Below, piece after piece: positions 28,501 through 40,780 of a stretch of 64,000 nucleotides of DNA. Numbering within the stretch: the first letter of the stretch is position 1; the number at the start of each line of letters is the position of its first letter. A program made the position numbers and the translations under genes. Under the pieces are notes generated by a model. It was not told the origin of the DNA. It did no database searches and worked only from the letters and a program-made list of their open reading frames with translations. The stretch comes from Tubiluchus corallicola (taxonomy: Eukaryota; Animalia; Priapulida), in NCBI GenBank assembly GCA_030141605.1, contig JAQGDQ010002373.1, positions 281,921 to 345,920 on the forward strand, written 5' to 3'.

Positions 28501-31500
28501 CGATGCATGCATCTACATGGGAATAAGTAAGCTTTTTTCAGTTTTTAATGTACTTTTAATCTACCCAGTGACTTTTACAGTCAAACCTCGTTTGGCATTA
28601 CAAAAGGAGTAACGCTCCTTTTGTAATGCCAACCTCCCTCAGGACCCAAATTTTAGTAAAACAAAATATCCGTATTTGCATAAATACGTATGCATGAATG
28701 CACCTTGTTATAATGCCAGACTCGCTATAACGTTTTTGCATTCTCAAAGTAGGCGGTGTAAAGAGGTTTGACTATTATGTTAATTTAATGTTCAGTAACC
28801 CAGATTCTAGATCTAGAGAAAGCAGGTGTTCAGATTTTTATTGCTTTTCAGTGTGTATGGCATTATATTATCATTTTCCAAATGCATTCAATATGTTATA
28901 TCTTTCTGCATTTCAGAGTAGTGAGTGGATCACGGGATGCAACACTTAGAGTCTGGGACGTTGACAGTGGTGAGTGTTTGCACGTGCTGATGGGTCACGT
29001 TGCTGCTGTCCGATGCGTCCAGTATGATGGCAAGAGGGTTGTTAGTGGGGCGTATGATTACACTGTTAAAGTTTGGAATCCGGATTCGGAAGAGTGCCTA
29101 CACACGTTGACCGGACATACGAATCGTGTCTATTCCTTACAGGTATGGCATTTTTAAAAAATCGATCGTAATAGTAGCAAGAATCGAGTAAGCAAATGTC
29201 TTTTACAGCTAATATAACAAAATAAATTACAAATTAAGAGCCATTGACTTTAACTTCATAATTTGAAAAAAAATGAATTTCATGTAAAAAATTAATTTTA
29301 TGTAACTATGTACTTTTAACTGTTAACAATTTATATGTTGTCAAGTCGCATCTTGCCAGAAACAGGAGTCTGCAATGGTGTATTTCATCTGTTGTAAATG
29401 GTCAAAACACAAAAACAAAATCTCCCACTCAGTACCACTTTCTCTCATCACATAACATTGAAATCCTGGGAAATTTAGGTAGTTGCAGTTATTATCTTTA
29501 TTATATCAGTGTAATTTTAAAAGTACTTTGTTAACTAATTCTTCGCTTTGTTTTCACTGCACACGAATGCATCCATTACAAGAATAGGAGTACAGTACAT
29601 GGCATCTGTTAGTACTACTGGTATCGTATTTTAATGTTTATGTAAATTATTCTTGTCTCTCACATCATTGATTGATGTTTACATTTTAGTTTGATGGCAT
29701 TCACGTAGTCAGCGGTTCACTGGATACATCGATACGTGTTTGGGACATTGAAACGGGTAACTGTTTACACACGCTGATGGGACATCAGTCGTTAACTAGT
29801 GGCATGGAGCTCAAGGACAACATACTTGTGTCGGGGAATGCTGATTCGACAGTCAAAGTGTGGGACATCGTGACAGGGCAATGCTTGCAAACATTAACAG
29901 GTAAACTAGGTCTCTTACCTTAATGTGTTCTACTACTGGTTTCTACTGGTGCTGCTGCTATTACTACTTGCTACTGTAGTACTTTACCACTATTTACTAC
30001 TATGTTCAGCTACTGTAGTTTGCCAGTTAAAGGTGGGGCAAGCTGAAATTCATTGAATTTTTAATACCAAACTTGAGTAATATATCTAAAGAAATTGGCA
30101 GTGATTCTGGAGTCTAGACTCGAATCGCAGATGATATTTGAATTATGAATTTAATAATTCTGTGTTCTTTCTATCAAAAAGTTCATGTTATGTTTTTCTT
30201 TTTATATTCTGTATTAAACAATCTCAGTATTTTTTGTTTGACTTAGGCACATAGTTAGCCTAGATAGCAATCTGCTTAATCTTCCTCTATCTGGGGCAAG
30301 TTATATTCTACATTCTTTTGTGACTGTCACACTTGCTTGATTGATAATATAACATTCAAGATGTGTAAACACTTTTCAGGCCCCAACAAACATCAGAGTG
30401 CGGTCACTTGTTTGCAGTTTAATAGCAAGTTTGTTATCACGTCTTCTGATGATGGTACCGTAAAACTGTGGGATTTGAAGACTGGTGAATTCCTGCGAAA
30501 TCTGGTGTCTTTAGATAGTGGTGGCAGTGGTGGTGTTGTGTGGAGGATAAGGTAAGCTAACTGAAAATTACAAAAACAACATACTAAGATTGACTCCCAA
30601 AATATGTGTGATGCGATATATGCAGAACAAGTTGATAATAGCAATTATACTTTTAATATATGGTCTTGTATGAGATTTTTTATTCCTGGAAATGACAATA
30701 ATTCATTGCAAAAAATATAGTTTTAAACATGAATTGAAATAGTACAGAGTAGTATAAAAAATGACAAACATTGTTTGAACCCTAAATAGGAGTGTAGTGG
30801 CTATAGAATTAATAAGTAAGCACTTTGAACACGACTTTAATGTAGTTCAATTATGTAAACATAATAAAATACTAGGTGATAGTAAACTTTTACTGTGTTA
30901 TCAGTTCTTGTTTGTTAGCCAAGACAACACAGCCTGTCTAGACAAGACAATATGTTTCCGACTCCTTATTGCTAATATTAGGCACATTCAAAAAGCTAAT
31001 GTTTTAGTTAAAGTTGAATCTTGAAGTGCACTCGTAACATGGCAATCGTATGCTAATAAAAGTTGACGTGAAGTAATTGAAGCTGTAGCTGTAGAACGTA
31101 TCAATGAGTACATTGAAAAGTTGTTGGCTTGACACAAGCATTGCTAGCAGCCAAAGCAGTAGTAGGCTAATTACATTGTTGCGTATAAGCTTGTGAAATG
31201 GCAAACGTGAGCCAGAAAATGCACAAACACCTTTTAAACTCAAAGTATTGACATGTTTTACGTTTTCTTGGCTTTCTATGCAAACAATAGCTTACTCATT
31301 ACACAAGTAATGAATAAAAATCAAGCAGTTAATTGAATTATTTTAACCTTCATTGTCAACAACTTCATCTAATCTTTTATAAAGGCTGCAAATGTTAACT
31401 CAGATGTATCATAAGTATTGTATCGTTATAGCTGTACTAGAAACAGGACTATTATTTTGTTTGACGTTAGTTGATAGCAACTTATTTTTGTTTCAGAGCA

Positions 31501-31593
31501 AGTCAAACGAAATTAGTCTGTGCTGTTGGGTCAAGAAATGGTACAGAAGAAACAAAGTTATTAGTGCAAGATTTTGATGCTGATGTTAAATAA
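4404..31593 (+). CDS. FBXW7: F-box/WD40 protein 7 (FBXW7/archipelago/SEL-10), longest predicted isoform about 807 aa, with N-terminal HhH domain
   Basis: Phase-consistent exons: 4404-4529, 10784-10926, 11552-11741, 13106-13351, 24588-24742, 24879-25044, 25250-25384, 26521-26672, 27468-27576, 27978-28091, 28345-28526, 28917-29142, 29690-29900, 30380-30551, 31497-31593 (2424 nt). Joining the first four exons to the core is inferred from splice sites and phase. Confidence 0.75.
7550..8460. mobile_element. Non-autonomous repeat with internal tandem units and terminal hairpin (Helentron/HINE-like)
   Basis: GC-richer island with two diverged ~143-bp units (about 7552-7672 and 7696-7820), a GACCTTTGAC motif, and a 3' palindrome TAAGATTTTGC-TATG-GCGAAATCTTA at 8433-8458. 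Confidence 0.5.
10784..10926 (+). CDS. FBXW7: HhH exon B ([47 protein letters not shown])
   Basis: Acceptor TTTTGTATAG, donor CG|GTGAGT. It continues exon A in frame and supplies the second HhH motif (GGF.SV.DL..IPGIG). Confidence 0.85.
11322..11400. repeat. (TG)n / (TGCG)n microsatellite
   Basis: Directly visible. Confidence 0.9.
13333..13436 (+). repeat. 55-bp-period tandem duplication spanning an FBXW7 splice donor
   Basis: AATCAGGCAGCGCAAATTGGTAAG(T/A)GATTTTGTTGTTTGCTTTCTGCAC at 13333 and 13388. Confidence 0.9.
13533..13995 (+). mobile_element. Degenerate tRNA-derived SINE-like relic
   Basis: A-box-like TAGCCAAGTGG and B-box-like GGTTCAATAC at the 5' end; the 3' boundary is approximate. 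Confidence 0.35.
16800..16857. repeat. 19-bp minisatellite x3 (CACAGTACTGTTTTTAACT)
   Basis: Directly visible. Confidence 0.9.
17510..17560 (+). CDS. FBXW7: Candidate alternative FBXW7 first coding exon, hydrophobic ([17 protein letters not shown])
   Basis: ATG follows an in-frame TAA, ends at a consensus GTAAGT donor in phase 0, and is in frame with the common exon at 24588. Confidence 0.4.
19633..19695 (+). CDS. FBXW7: Candidate alternative FBXW7 first coding exon ([21 protein letters not shown])
   Basis: ATG to AAG|GTAAGG in phase 0, in frame with exon 24588, downstream of a GC/CpG-rich patch at about 19370-19470. Confidence 0.5.
23609..24079. mobile_element. Foldback/MITE-like element with long imperfect inverted arms
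   Basis: 23715-23777 is the near reverse complement of 23950-24012. The outer arms AAGAAGACAAAGTGCCCTTT and AAAGGGCACTGTGACTTCTT also pair. Confidence 0.7.
24588..31593 (+). CDS. FBXW7: FBXW7 common core: dimerisation domain, F-box and WD40 propeller (11 exons)
   Basis: Recognisable FBXW7 peptides: [67 protein letters not shown], the phosphodegron-binding arginines in TVRCM, GSRDA and AVRCV, and the C-terminus [21 protein letters not shown]. Confidence 0.97.
25653..26008 (-). mobile_element. hAT (Buster/Charlie group) non-autonomous element, 356 bp
   Basis: Perfect 16-bp TIRs CAGTGGTTCTTAACCT / AGGTTAAGAACCACTG, an identical 8-bp TSD CTCTAAGC (nnnTAnnn) at 25645-25652 and 26009-26016, and a minus-strand transposase C-terminal remnant [21 protein letters not shown]. 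Confidence 0.93.
28578..28774. mobile_element. pogo/Tigger-like MITE relic containing a perfect 18-bp hairpin
   Basis: Ends TA-CAGTCAAACCTC ... GAGGTTTGACTA, with internal TTGGCATTACAAAAGGAG-TAACG-CTCCTTTTGTAATGCCAA at 28592-28632. Confidence 0.65.
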
Positions 31594-32903
31594 GTGTACT
31601 CGAGTCATCATAGAAAATTGTCACACGTACGGGACCAAGATTTCCACTTGTGTAATTTGCGAGAAGAGTGCAATGATTGGCGTAGAGAGTCCGAACAGTA
31701 TTAATGAACTCCGACTAAGCCTAAGCATAATTGCATTAACGTTTTCAAATAATCGAACTTTAGGAATTTTCTTGCATTACTGTGGCACAAGTACTAAGTT
31801 TGTAGTGATCCTTTACCTCAGGCTTTTGCAAAAAATGTGCTTCTTATCATCTTTATCAAAGTCTTACAGCTGATGTATCAACCCAACTTTGCTCTTAAAG
31901 TATGTAGTGACATGCTCTCTTAAAATTTTATTAGCATTTTCTTTAACTGTGTAATTGTGAGTCTGTCATTATTATTTTAGCTGTTCTTGTGCCACAATCT
32001 TGCAATTTGTGCTTTTCTCTAAAAATATCTGGGAATCAAAGTGATGTGGAGTATAACGTAACCAATGGAGTTGTACTGTGTGCACGTCTCCTAGTCTTTC
32101 TTAATGGATAGTCTACTGTGTTCGATCGTCTTTCACTCGTATAGTGCGACATCGAGAAGCAAATGGCTATAATGTTCGCGTTAGGAAACTGAAAAGCCCC
32201 ATATTGATTATCATTTTACAGTATTGCTAATGAAATATAGATGGTGGCATGGTAGATGACATCAGAAAATATAAGTGAGCTAACAGTTTTCTTTGGTCGA
32301 GGGACAAATGTCCCTGACTCTTAACTTTTTAGGAGAGATAGTCACTTGATTCAGTAATTGATGATAATCTCCATTAATGTCTAATAGCTAGAGGCATGAT
32401 GGTTACAGTCATGTCAGATCATGCGCATAAATATCCAGTGGTAAGTTTTTGCACCAATCCTGTTGTACAAATGTTCATGTATATAGTGGCTTCTAGATTT
32501 TGTGTAGGCCTTGGCAACTTATTTCGTCACGTTTTTTAGTTTAATTTTTACTTATTCGTTTATGCTCTTAAACAAACGAGTAATTCCCGAAAGATCACTT
32601 TGGCATATTTACTTAGTATTTTCAGTTTTATTTGGCAACTTTAAAATAAACATCTTCAATGTAGCATTAGAGCAGTGCATAACCCCCTCCCCCGATGACA
32701 AATTTGAAAATATGGCACTGAGGATAAAGCTGTTTTGCTTGTGTGATATTTTTTTTGTTTTAGTTTAGTTGTTGAAGTTGGCAAGTGGCCAAAATTATTA
32801 CGTAAGTGATAATTCTTTAGTTTATGCTAAAACTTTCTGTATAATTTTGTTGATGTGTGTGTTTGTTTTATTTTCACTTTGATACTTTGCTTATTTTTAT
32901 GTA

Positions 32904-32909
32904 AATAAA
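32904..32909 (+). terminator. Probable FBXW7 polyadenylation signal
   Basis: AATAAA following a U/GU-rich tract about 1.3 kb after the stop codon. Confidence 0.5.
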
Positions 32910-33783
32910 GTCTTGTTATTGAAAAAAGTGTGCATTGATTCTTTTAAATCACTTTTCACTCTTACTACCCATTCCACTAATTCCTTGCATTATACCTGCA
33001 GACGTAAAAATTATACTTTGTACGTTTATACTTTTTCGCAGCTCTAAGGATTCGTGAAGAGGTAACAATTTTAACAGTTAACCTTAGTTTGTTTTTTCTT
33101 TGTTTGTTTCCAAGCAAGATCCTGCTAGTAAATTAATAGTAGTTGCTGTTAGTAGATCAGACTAACAAAAAATTAAGTAGTCCACACAAAGTAAATTAAG
33201 TAGTTTTAGTAGGTACAGCAGCTGCGCATGTACACGATAAAATTGCGAAAAGGTTAACTGATTGTGGGCTCATAAAGTTTGATAGGTCACTAGCCTTTCT
33301 CCGTGTGATGTCACATCCTGCATAAATGCCACTAAGGGATATAAGAAATTAGAAACAGATTTGATTTTTCCTGTTAATCATGGCACTTGCACTGTAAAGA
33401 TTAATAATTTGCGCATTCATGTTTTTATCTTACATTTTTCGAAATATGCAGATTGGGATATAAATGCTTTTTCTATGCAATAAGCTGTAAACAATGTGTC
33501 TTATGGGTTAAACCTTGCATTAGTTGCAAGTCTCTAAAAAACTAATGATGTTCAAAAAAGTACGCCTAGAATCAGAAATGAAAAGCGAAAAATGTTTGCA
33601 ATTAGCTTTATACACAAAAGATTCTTATTTGATAACAATGCAATTTTTGACCTTAAGGCATAAATTTGAGAAAAAAAACAGCAAGCAATATAAATTAGAG
33701 ACAAAATTTAAAAAATGGGCTAAGTTAATGGAGAAACAGCTTTCACATTGGGTTACTACCCTAGAACTTGCAAAACATACATA

Positions 33784-36700
33784 TCAATCCTCGTCATATT
33801 CAAAAGGTTCGGGTGGTTCTGGTTCAGCTTCTTCCTGCTCCACTTTAGGTCCATGTGCAACAACTTCCTCTATAATTTCCTCTGGTACTTCGGTTTTTAG
33901 ATTGCGCAACATAATCACTCCTCCGGTAGAGACCGGTTTCAGTGGTCTGTACCTTGTACCTTCAGGCATGCTAATTACTTTCAACTGTGCCCGCATGACA
34001 CGAGCCGGATTTGACAACATTTCAAAATTGGGTTCCGGTTCTTTTTTCTCTTCTAGTTTTTCTACTTCTTCCTCCTTACTTGTGCTTTCCTTGCTTGTCA
34101 TGGCTTCTTTGTTGGCAGCTTCTTTGCTGGACGACTTGGTCTTGCTCTCTGCTTTAGCACCCTTCTTTTCTTTTGCATCCTTTTGTTTTGAATCTTTCTC
34201 TTTTGAATCCTTCTCTACTTCATCTTTTTTTGGTTCATCTACTTCCATTTTATCTTGGCTGCGATGACGCTCTCTTTCTAATTCTTTCTTTTTGGCTTTT
34301 GCAGTAATACTAAGTATTGCTGTTGAAACTTTCTCCTTCTCTTTTTCTTTCTTTTCTTCTAGAGGTGGTGGATAAGCATACGTCGACGGCTTTGCACCAG
34401 ATTTGAACTCAATCTTTGGCATGGCCATGTTTGCATTCAAACCAATGAGACAAGTGGGCGTAAATGCTAGAGCCAGAAAATGTGCAAGAGGAAACCAAAA
34501 CCAGAACTGCAAGAACACTAACATGCCCACAACAGATGTCATGTGTGTGTGGCCAGTTCTTGACTGTAAAGAAATGGTAGTATTTCGCCCACCAGCATCA
34601 AGTATGCCCTGTGCTAATATAGCACCAAATTTAGCCATGACGTCATCATGTTTATCATTAATGACTTTGGTGTAAAGTTGTCTGAAGTATGTCACTTTTG
34701 GACAGGTAACCTCATTCTGCTGGATCAAAATCAAGGCCGAAGCAATAAGCACCCCTTGTCGAACGTAGTTTACTGTATCGTTTGCCATGGGTTCTAGCAA
34801 AGCAATAGCATCTTTCTGGCCTGTTCCTGCACAAGATATTCCTAATGCTATGGCAGCCCCATATCTTACATGTGGATTGTATGATTCTGACAACAAAGAG
34901 ACTACATTGGGTACTTGTTCTGGAGTCCTAAATAGTAAAAATCCTAAAGATTCCACAGCTGCTCGTCGAACATCATCATTTACATCACTAACCGCGACAT
35001 GCAGTAATCTTCGTATAGCACTGTTATTCCCAGTTCCACAGTATGCCATGGCTACTGTATACATGGCTGATCGCCTTAAAATAGGGTCTTTATCTAACGA
35101 TAGACTTTCAATAAGAGCATCTGCTTCTTCTAAACGCCCGTACATCACTAAAGCTATTCCAATTGCTAATCCACGAATAATTTTCTCATGCTGCGTTTCT
35201 TGTGCATAAGAAACCATGTCCTCGATGGCTGTTGGTGACCTTGAGCCAAGCATAACGATACCCATAGCTAGCCCAGCGGCCTCACCAGTCACAGCATCGT
35301 CTTGCAATAAATTCATCTTCAGCTGATCATAGACATCTTGGCGTGCCGTGCCCATTGCAGCAAGGCCCAAACCCAGACATGCACCATGGCGAACCATGTC
35401 AGTTGTAGCTTCTTTTAGTTGAGTTAATAAATAGTCTATCATTTTACCTCCATGATTAGCATGAATCAATCCTAGTGCATATAATCCACCCCCTTCAGAA
35501 TAAGCACTACCAGGGCCAGTTTCTTTAGGCAGGTAAGTTGCCATTAAACTCAATGCTTCCTTCTCATGACCCTTGTGAATGACACCTAAACTTGCAGTTG
35601 CAGTGAATTTTGCCCAATTCGTGGCTCGTGCTAGCCACTCTAAACTGTCCCTCAGAAATGTATCACTAGTTGTACCACAATGCATAAAAGAATTGCATAT
35701 TACTGTCGCTGTATGACAAACTGAATTACGCACAGCATCTTTTGTGTTTTTCAAAATTAACAAATCTGATTTATTATTTCGTATCAAAAACTGCAAATGA
35801 AGACCTATCGAAATTTCTCCGGTGAGAATGGAAGTAAGCTTGTCTAAACGGCTTTTTGTTTCTTTATCTTCTTCTGTCTCTGCAGTTTCAACAGCATCTA
35901 CTGTTTCTTTGCGTTCCTCGGATTTCTCATCTGTCTCCATTTCCTCGTCTTCAGTTGCAACTTCGGATCCAGGCAGCGCTACAGTGCCACGCAAAGCTTG
36001 GTGAACTCGATTGAGAAATTCTTGTGTAGCACTTTCGTACAAGTCAAAAGCAATTTGATAAGCAAGCAGCGTCCCGTTGTCAGTTTCCTTCACAAGTTTT
36101 GTCAATATTTCTGCAACAGAAACCGGATCATCAAGAAATATCAAACATTGGCATACACTTATATAGTCTGGAGTTTTCAAACCACTGTACAGTTCTACCA
36201 GAACTCTTAAGACAGTGTTGCGAAAATGGCGATTAGGTATCAATGTCATGCATACTCCAAGGGCATACGATAACATGCCAGATACATCGTTAGATTTATT
36301 TATGGCATCCTGAAACACGTCAAGACGACGAGTTTCCAGGGCAATTCCTACCGCTTGTTTGTATTTACCATCATCAAAGCATCTCTGAAACATTTTGTTG
36401 ACAACAGCCTCTAGCCGTGAATCGATTTCTACCTGTTCACTTGTTTCTGCATTTTGAACTCGTAGTTTTGTATAGTGATCAATACATTTGGCTATAATTG
36501 TTTCCACATACTCTGACGATGAATTAACATCAAACAATGCTGCTGCTCCAAGTGCGTACGTTAACGAGTCTTCAAAAGACCCGAGATGATAATAAACTTT
36601 GGATGCAACCAGTGCAGCCAAATTTCGATGTTTAAAAGCATCATCTTCATACAACACTTCTATTTTTGTAATCACTTCGGATATTTCTGCCCAGAAATCA

Positions 36701-36795
36701 CTAACGAGTATATTCAACTTCTGGAGGGCATAGAGCTTCAGGTCTGCCTCTTTTTCATCCAGCAATGAAATGATCCCAGCAGCAGAAGTGATCAT
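33784..36795 (-). CDS. PSMD1: 26S proteasome non-ATPase regulatory subunit 1 (Rpn2), 1003 aa, single coding exon
   Basis: Uninterrupted ORF. The canonical start [14 protein letters not shown] is at ATG 36795 (the track begins at an upstream GTG). PC repeats ([28 protein letters not shown]) and the C-terminal [10 protein letters not shown] motif are present. Confidence 0.98.
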   Translation of the reverse strand: MITSAAGIISLLDEKEADLKLYALQKLNILVSDFWAEISEVITKIEVLYEDDAFKHRNLAALVASKVYYHLGSFEDSLTYALGAAALFDVNSSSEYVETIIAKCIDHYTKLRVQNAETSEQVEIDSRLEAVVNKMFQRCFDDGKYKQAVGIALETRRLDVFQDAINKSNDVSGMLSYALGVCMTLIPNRHFRNTVLRVLVELYSGLKTPDYISVCQCLIFLDDPVSVAEILTKLVKETDNGTLLAYQIAFDLYESATQEFLNRVHQALRGTVALPGSEVATEDEEMETDEKSEERKETVDAVETAETEEDKETKSRLDKLTSILTGEISIGLHLQFLIRNNKSDLLILKNTKDAVRNSVCHTATVICNSFMHCGTTSDTFLRDSLEWLARATNWAKFTATASLGVIHKGHEKEALSLMATYLPKETGPGSAYSEGGGLYALGLIHANHGGKMIDYLLTQLKEATTDMVRHGACLGLGLAAMGTARQDVYDQLKMNLLQDDAVTGEAAGLAMGIVMLGSRSPTAIEDMVSYAQETQHEKIIRGLAIGIALVMYGRLEEADALIESLSLDKDPILRRSAMYTVAMAYCGTGNNSAIRRLLHVAVSDVNDDVRRAAVESLGFLLFRTPEQVPNVVSLLSESYNPHVRYGAAIALGISCAGTGQKDAIALLEPMANDTVNYVRQGVLIASALILIQQNEVTCPKVTYFRQLYTKVINDKHDDVMAKFGAILAQGILDAGGRNTTISLQSRTGHTHMTSVVGMLVFLQFWFWFPLAHFLALAFTPTCLIGLNANMAMPKIEFKSGAKPSTYAYPPPLEEKKEKEKEKVSTAILSITAKAKKKELERERHRSQDKMEVDEPKKDEVEKDSKEKDSKQKDAKEKKGAKAESKTKSSSKEAANKEAMTSKESTSKEEEVEKLEEKKEPEPNFEMLSNPARVMRAQLKVISMPEGTRYRPLKPVSTGGVIMLRNLKTEVPEEIIEEVVAHGPKVEQEEAEPEPPEPFEYDED

Positions 36796-36835
36796 GATGA
36801 CAAAGTCCACTTAGCTGAAAATTCTATTTGCAAAC

Positions 36836-37744
36836 CTACAAAAAACAAGAAAATTACATATAATAAATGCCTGTGTGTCTGTATATTTCATATTATGTAC
36901 ACTTTGAAAAAGGAAGTAAGAGACTGATATAAACACATAGTTACTAAGATAAAAATCTTTCTATATTAGTGGGAAACTATTTAGCCTTGTGTTCGAAAGG
37001 ATGGCACTTGTTCTTTTGAATTCAAGAACAAACTCTCTTTCAAGTATAGAAGCGGCATTGTGAACAACAATTATCTTTAAATACTCTAGGTATAGGAAAA
37101 ATGTGTTTCAATTTCTTCAAGGTTTCATTCTACCTTCCAAACACATACTTCCCACTTTACTTAACTAATGAGAAAAACTGCTTACACAATGAAAAATCAA
37201 CACTAAATAGAAAAGAACTACAAAAAAAACAACAAGTTTTACAGTTTTTCATCAAGCGCCTTTGTTAGCTACATGCAGCAACAAAACGCATTGCTTCACA
37301 GCTTAATAATACGTTATACTGTTTTATTTAATTTGGTCTTTGAAACTGTGTGATTGTCAGTTATATTTATTTTTGTTGATCATGTGAGCAACATAATAAA
37401 CAACCAAAACATCGTATGCATGTATTATACATGTGTTTCGTTAAATATGTTTAAGATACACTAACACTTAAGGGTGACAGAAGGGAAGTCAGTGAACACA
37501 TTTTACGATTACATATGATGCGAGAAGCTATCAGCTGTAATACATACATCTACCATCAAATGCCAAAATAATGAAGTAAGGATCTGAAATAAATTTAGAT
37601 CTAACGATGACCAGGAACACAAGGGTTAAGTACGACAGGAGAAAACGGACAGTATTTTAATTTCAAACTTATATTATACAGCAGTAATTTACAGTTTTTA
37701 CTATTAGCAATTCTATATTAAAACATCTACGCAATTAATTTTAC
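36836..37744 (-). other. PSMD1: Probable PSMD1 5'UTR intron (non-coding first exon at about 37745-37870)
   Basis: Minus-strand donor AAG|GTAAAA at 37744 and acceptor TTCTTGTTTTTTGTAG at 36836. Confidence 0.6.
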
Positions 37745-37868
37745 CTTTCCTCGCACTCAGCGTTCGTCAAAGCACTCTAACAAGAATTTAGCCACGATAA
37801 GCTTTCACAAATATGGAAAAACAAAAGAAAAATCCACATGTATCTCAAATTTTCGCCGCAGCTTTTAC

Positions 37869-37897
37869 GCTGTGTCACGCGTACTACTTTCGGAAGT
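37869..37897 (-). promoter_or_regulatory. PSMD1 promoter: ARE-like (GTGACACAGC) and ETS-like (CGGAAGT) motifs
   Basis: RTGACnnnGC match on the minus strand at 37869-37878 and CGGAAGT at 37891-37897, in a CpG-containing patch beside the inferred first exon. Confidence 0.5.
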
Positions 37898-39616
37898 ACA
37901 GATCGTTACGCTGAACATTAACTTGATAATACAAAATTGTAACCTTTGATACAATTTGATACCTTATGATACCTTAAAAGTGTATGAGGGAATAAATTGG
38001 TGTCAGTTAGTCACTTTTTAAGCAACATTTAAAAAATTTGTTATGTACACCAGTAGGCAAGTGCAAAAGTCCGCAGCTAGCGCATTATTAATTACTTTTG
38101 GTACTTAGCCGGAATTTTGCAAAAACGTTTTGAAAAAGAGGGAACCGCAATTATTGTGCGACTATTCACGACCAGTTATGATAAATCTCGTTATATTAAA
38201 ATATTAAACTGGTGTGACACAGATTTATAATAATTATTATTAATCTTCTACTAGAAGATGTTGGATGAATCAAGATTAGTGTGGAAGCAGAAGTGGCTCA
38301 GAGCAGCATGCTCATTTTGTATGTCCTAGTTGCAGTTGGATTAATTCTACAGCTGGAAAACGTAAAGCATTAAAGTACACTATAATGTAATCTTAATTAA
38401 AAAAAATTAAGCTTACACAATTTTCGTTACTACTTCTTATTCACTGCCTCTAAATTCTTAACTTCACCTGTTCTTGGCTTTTGTTATGGCACTGTTGTTT
38501 TTGGCTATTGTTATAGCACAGTTGATATGAATCGATTTCACAAATACTTGACGATCTTTAATTTTCTTTTCTCGCTGTCTAGACATCGCCATATCTGTTT
38601 GCTAGTACATTGAGTAGTAATGCAAAATGATGTTTGATCGTTAATGATTTTACGTAGCCATGTAGTTCTGCTTCTAGTTGAATAACATGGCTAGTCATCT
38701 ACACTCAACTTGTTCCACTGTGGGGTTGTGCGGGGGGAGGGCGTAGTGAAAGGTTATGTGGTGAAGATGTGCTTAAAAACAGATACGGATTTGCTGGAAT
38801 TACGTATGAGGATTGGAGTGACTAGATCCTCAGTTAACTCTCAACATCATCATCAACACCATACAGATCGACGCTGTCCTTTCTTTGATATTCAAATATT
38901 CACCTTTGGTATGCATTCATTACTATATTATTGCTATGTGTCTAGATTGCCTACTGTAATAATACTGTTGTTGAAAACGAACTTGAGTCCTTGTCTCTTC
39001 ATCTTGTCTGTAGGTATGTTGTTGCCCTGTGGGAAATAAATAACCCAAATGTCTCCAAGTACTGTACACCACATAATTAGAGTGATGTATTTTTTTTTGA
39101 TTAAGAGAGTACTCGAGGCTGCATCGTTGCTGTTACTACCTTCTTTGCTCTGATACCACTATGCTTCACTATGTTATGTCGAGATACATTGCCTGATTGG
39201 CTGTGATTTGCAGGCCTAATTGTGTTGTACGCAGCTCGTATGTGTGTGAAAGTGGTGGCCTTGTTCTGCAACTTAGCATTCCTTTAGCAACGGAGATTGC
39301 ACAACCCAACAAGAGAAAGACAACAAGCCAAAGCGAGGGAAAATATCAATATTGGCCTGAGTGTGTTGCACTGTACACTATTACACTTTTGAATTTTCGC
39401 AGCATTATTGTAACAACAGTCAATTTAGGCACATGCCACATCTGGGTGTTACGGCAAAGCATAGGCAAAAGCTATTATAATAAAGGATTCAGAGCAAAAT
39501 CTTGACATTTTTATTTTACATCCCATGCACCTGATTAATAGCATCCTTATAATATCCTGTAATTATACTAAAATATGGGATATAATACACATATCCCATA
39601 TCTCATATTATAATGT

Positions 39617-39795
39617 TTAATTATTCATATGTTAATAACCTGTGAATACAGAAGAAAAGCCAATTTTTAACTAATCAGGAAATAGCAAGAATGGCCAGTT
39701 AGGAAGCATTCAACCAGGCACGCATGCATTGAAATAGATAGATTGAAACTGACATACACACACGCGCGCGCACACGCACACGCACACGCACACGC

Positions 39796-39841
<46 letters not shown>

Positions 39842-39989
39842 CTTTATATGTATTATGCCAATTAAAATGCTTAATCATTCATATGTTAATAATATGTGAA
39901 TACAGAAGAGAAGTGAAACCACTTTCCAACTAATCAGGAAATAACAAGAGTGGCCAATTAGGAAGCATTTAACCAGGCAAGCATGCATT
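39617..39989. repeat. Direct duplication (~115 bp x2) flanking a (CA)n microsatellite
   Basis: 39617-39730 resembles 39871-39989, with (CA)n/(CACACG)n at about 39756-39840 between them. Confidence 0.85.
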
Positions 39990-40329
39990 CACATGGAAAT
40001 GGTTTACCTCAGAGGGAGCTGGAGGGTGATGAGCAGACACTGGATGATACTATAATATTAGAAAATTGAAAGGAAGCCTTTAATTTAAATTTTAATTTCA
40101 GTACCAGTTTAATTGTTCTTGTTTATATGACGTGCTACATTTATTAATAAGTCATACTTGCTTTGTTCCATGTCTATGGTTTTAAAATTTTCCATTGTTA
40201 TGGTTTCTCTACCGTATGTTTTTTATTCTACTTGTGAATAAAAAACAGAAAACAGTGTTTTCAGAATCTACAGAATCTACTGTTTTCTGCTTTTCAATAA
40301 AAAAAATCTATAAACTAAAAACAAGTAGA

Positions 40330-40780
40330 AAAAGGCAAAGTGCTTTAAACTACCACTGTAGTTTCTCTTTTAGCGAACAAAAAAAGGACAAGAAAAAAGA
40401 AGAAAATCACAAGGAATTACCAGAACTGGTAGTGAACAAATTTTTGTAGGGCGTTTTTAGTTTACAGTATAATTATTGTAAAATTACTGTTCTAGTATAA
40501 TATTAACTTTAGTTTACATTATTAACACATAAAAAGGATATCACATTGAAAAGGATACAGACACATATTAATTAACGTTTTATACTTTCATTGTTTTTGC
40601 CTTGTGTTCGTCTCTGCTTTGCTGCTGTGCTTTTTTTCTAGGTGCCTGTATCATTAACTAAAAAACAGTTAAGTAGCTGTAGCATTCTTTGTGATTTTTC
40701 AAGCTCACTTCTTATTGTCCTTTCTTTTGTTTACCTGAAGAAAAACTAATTGGTAGGTCGGAACGTTGCGCCCTTTCTTT
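40330..40780. repeat. Degenerate inverted repeat pair
   Basis: About 40330-40420 versus about 40680-40780, for example AAAATCACAAGGAAT and ATTCTTTGTGATTTT. Confidence 0.45.

Noticed and set aside
33524-36768. Plus-strand ORFs (247, 90, 140 aa and others) overlapping PSMD1
   Set aside because: Antisense shadows of the PSMD1 CDS with low-complexity translations.
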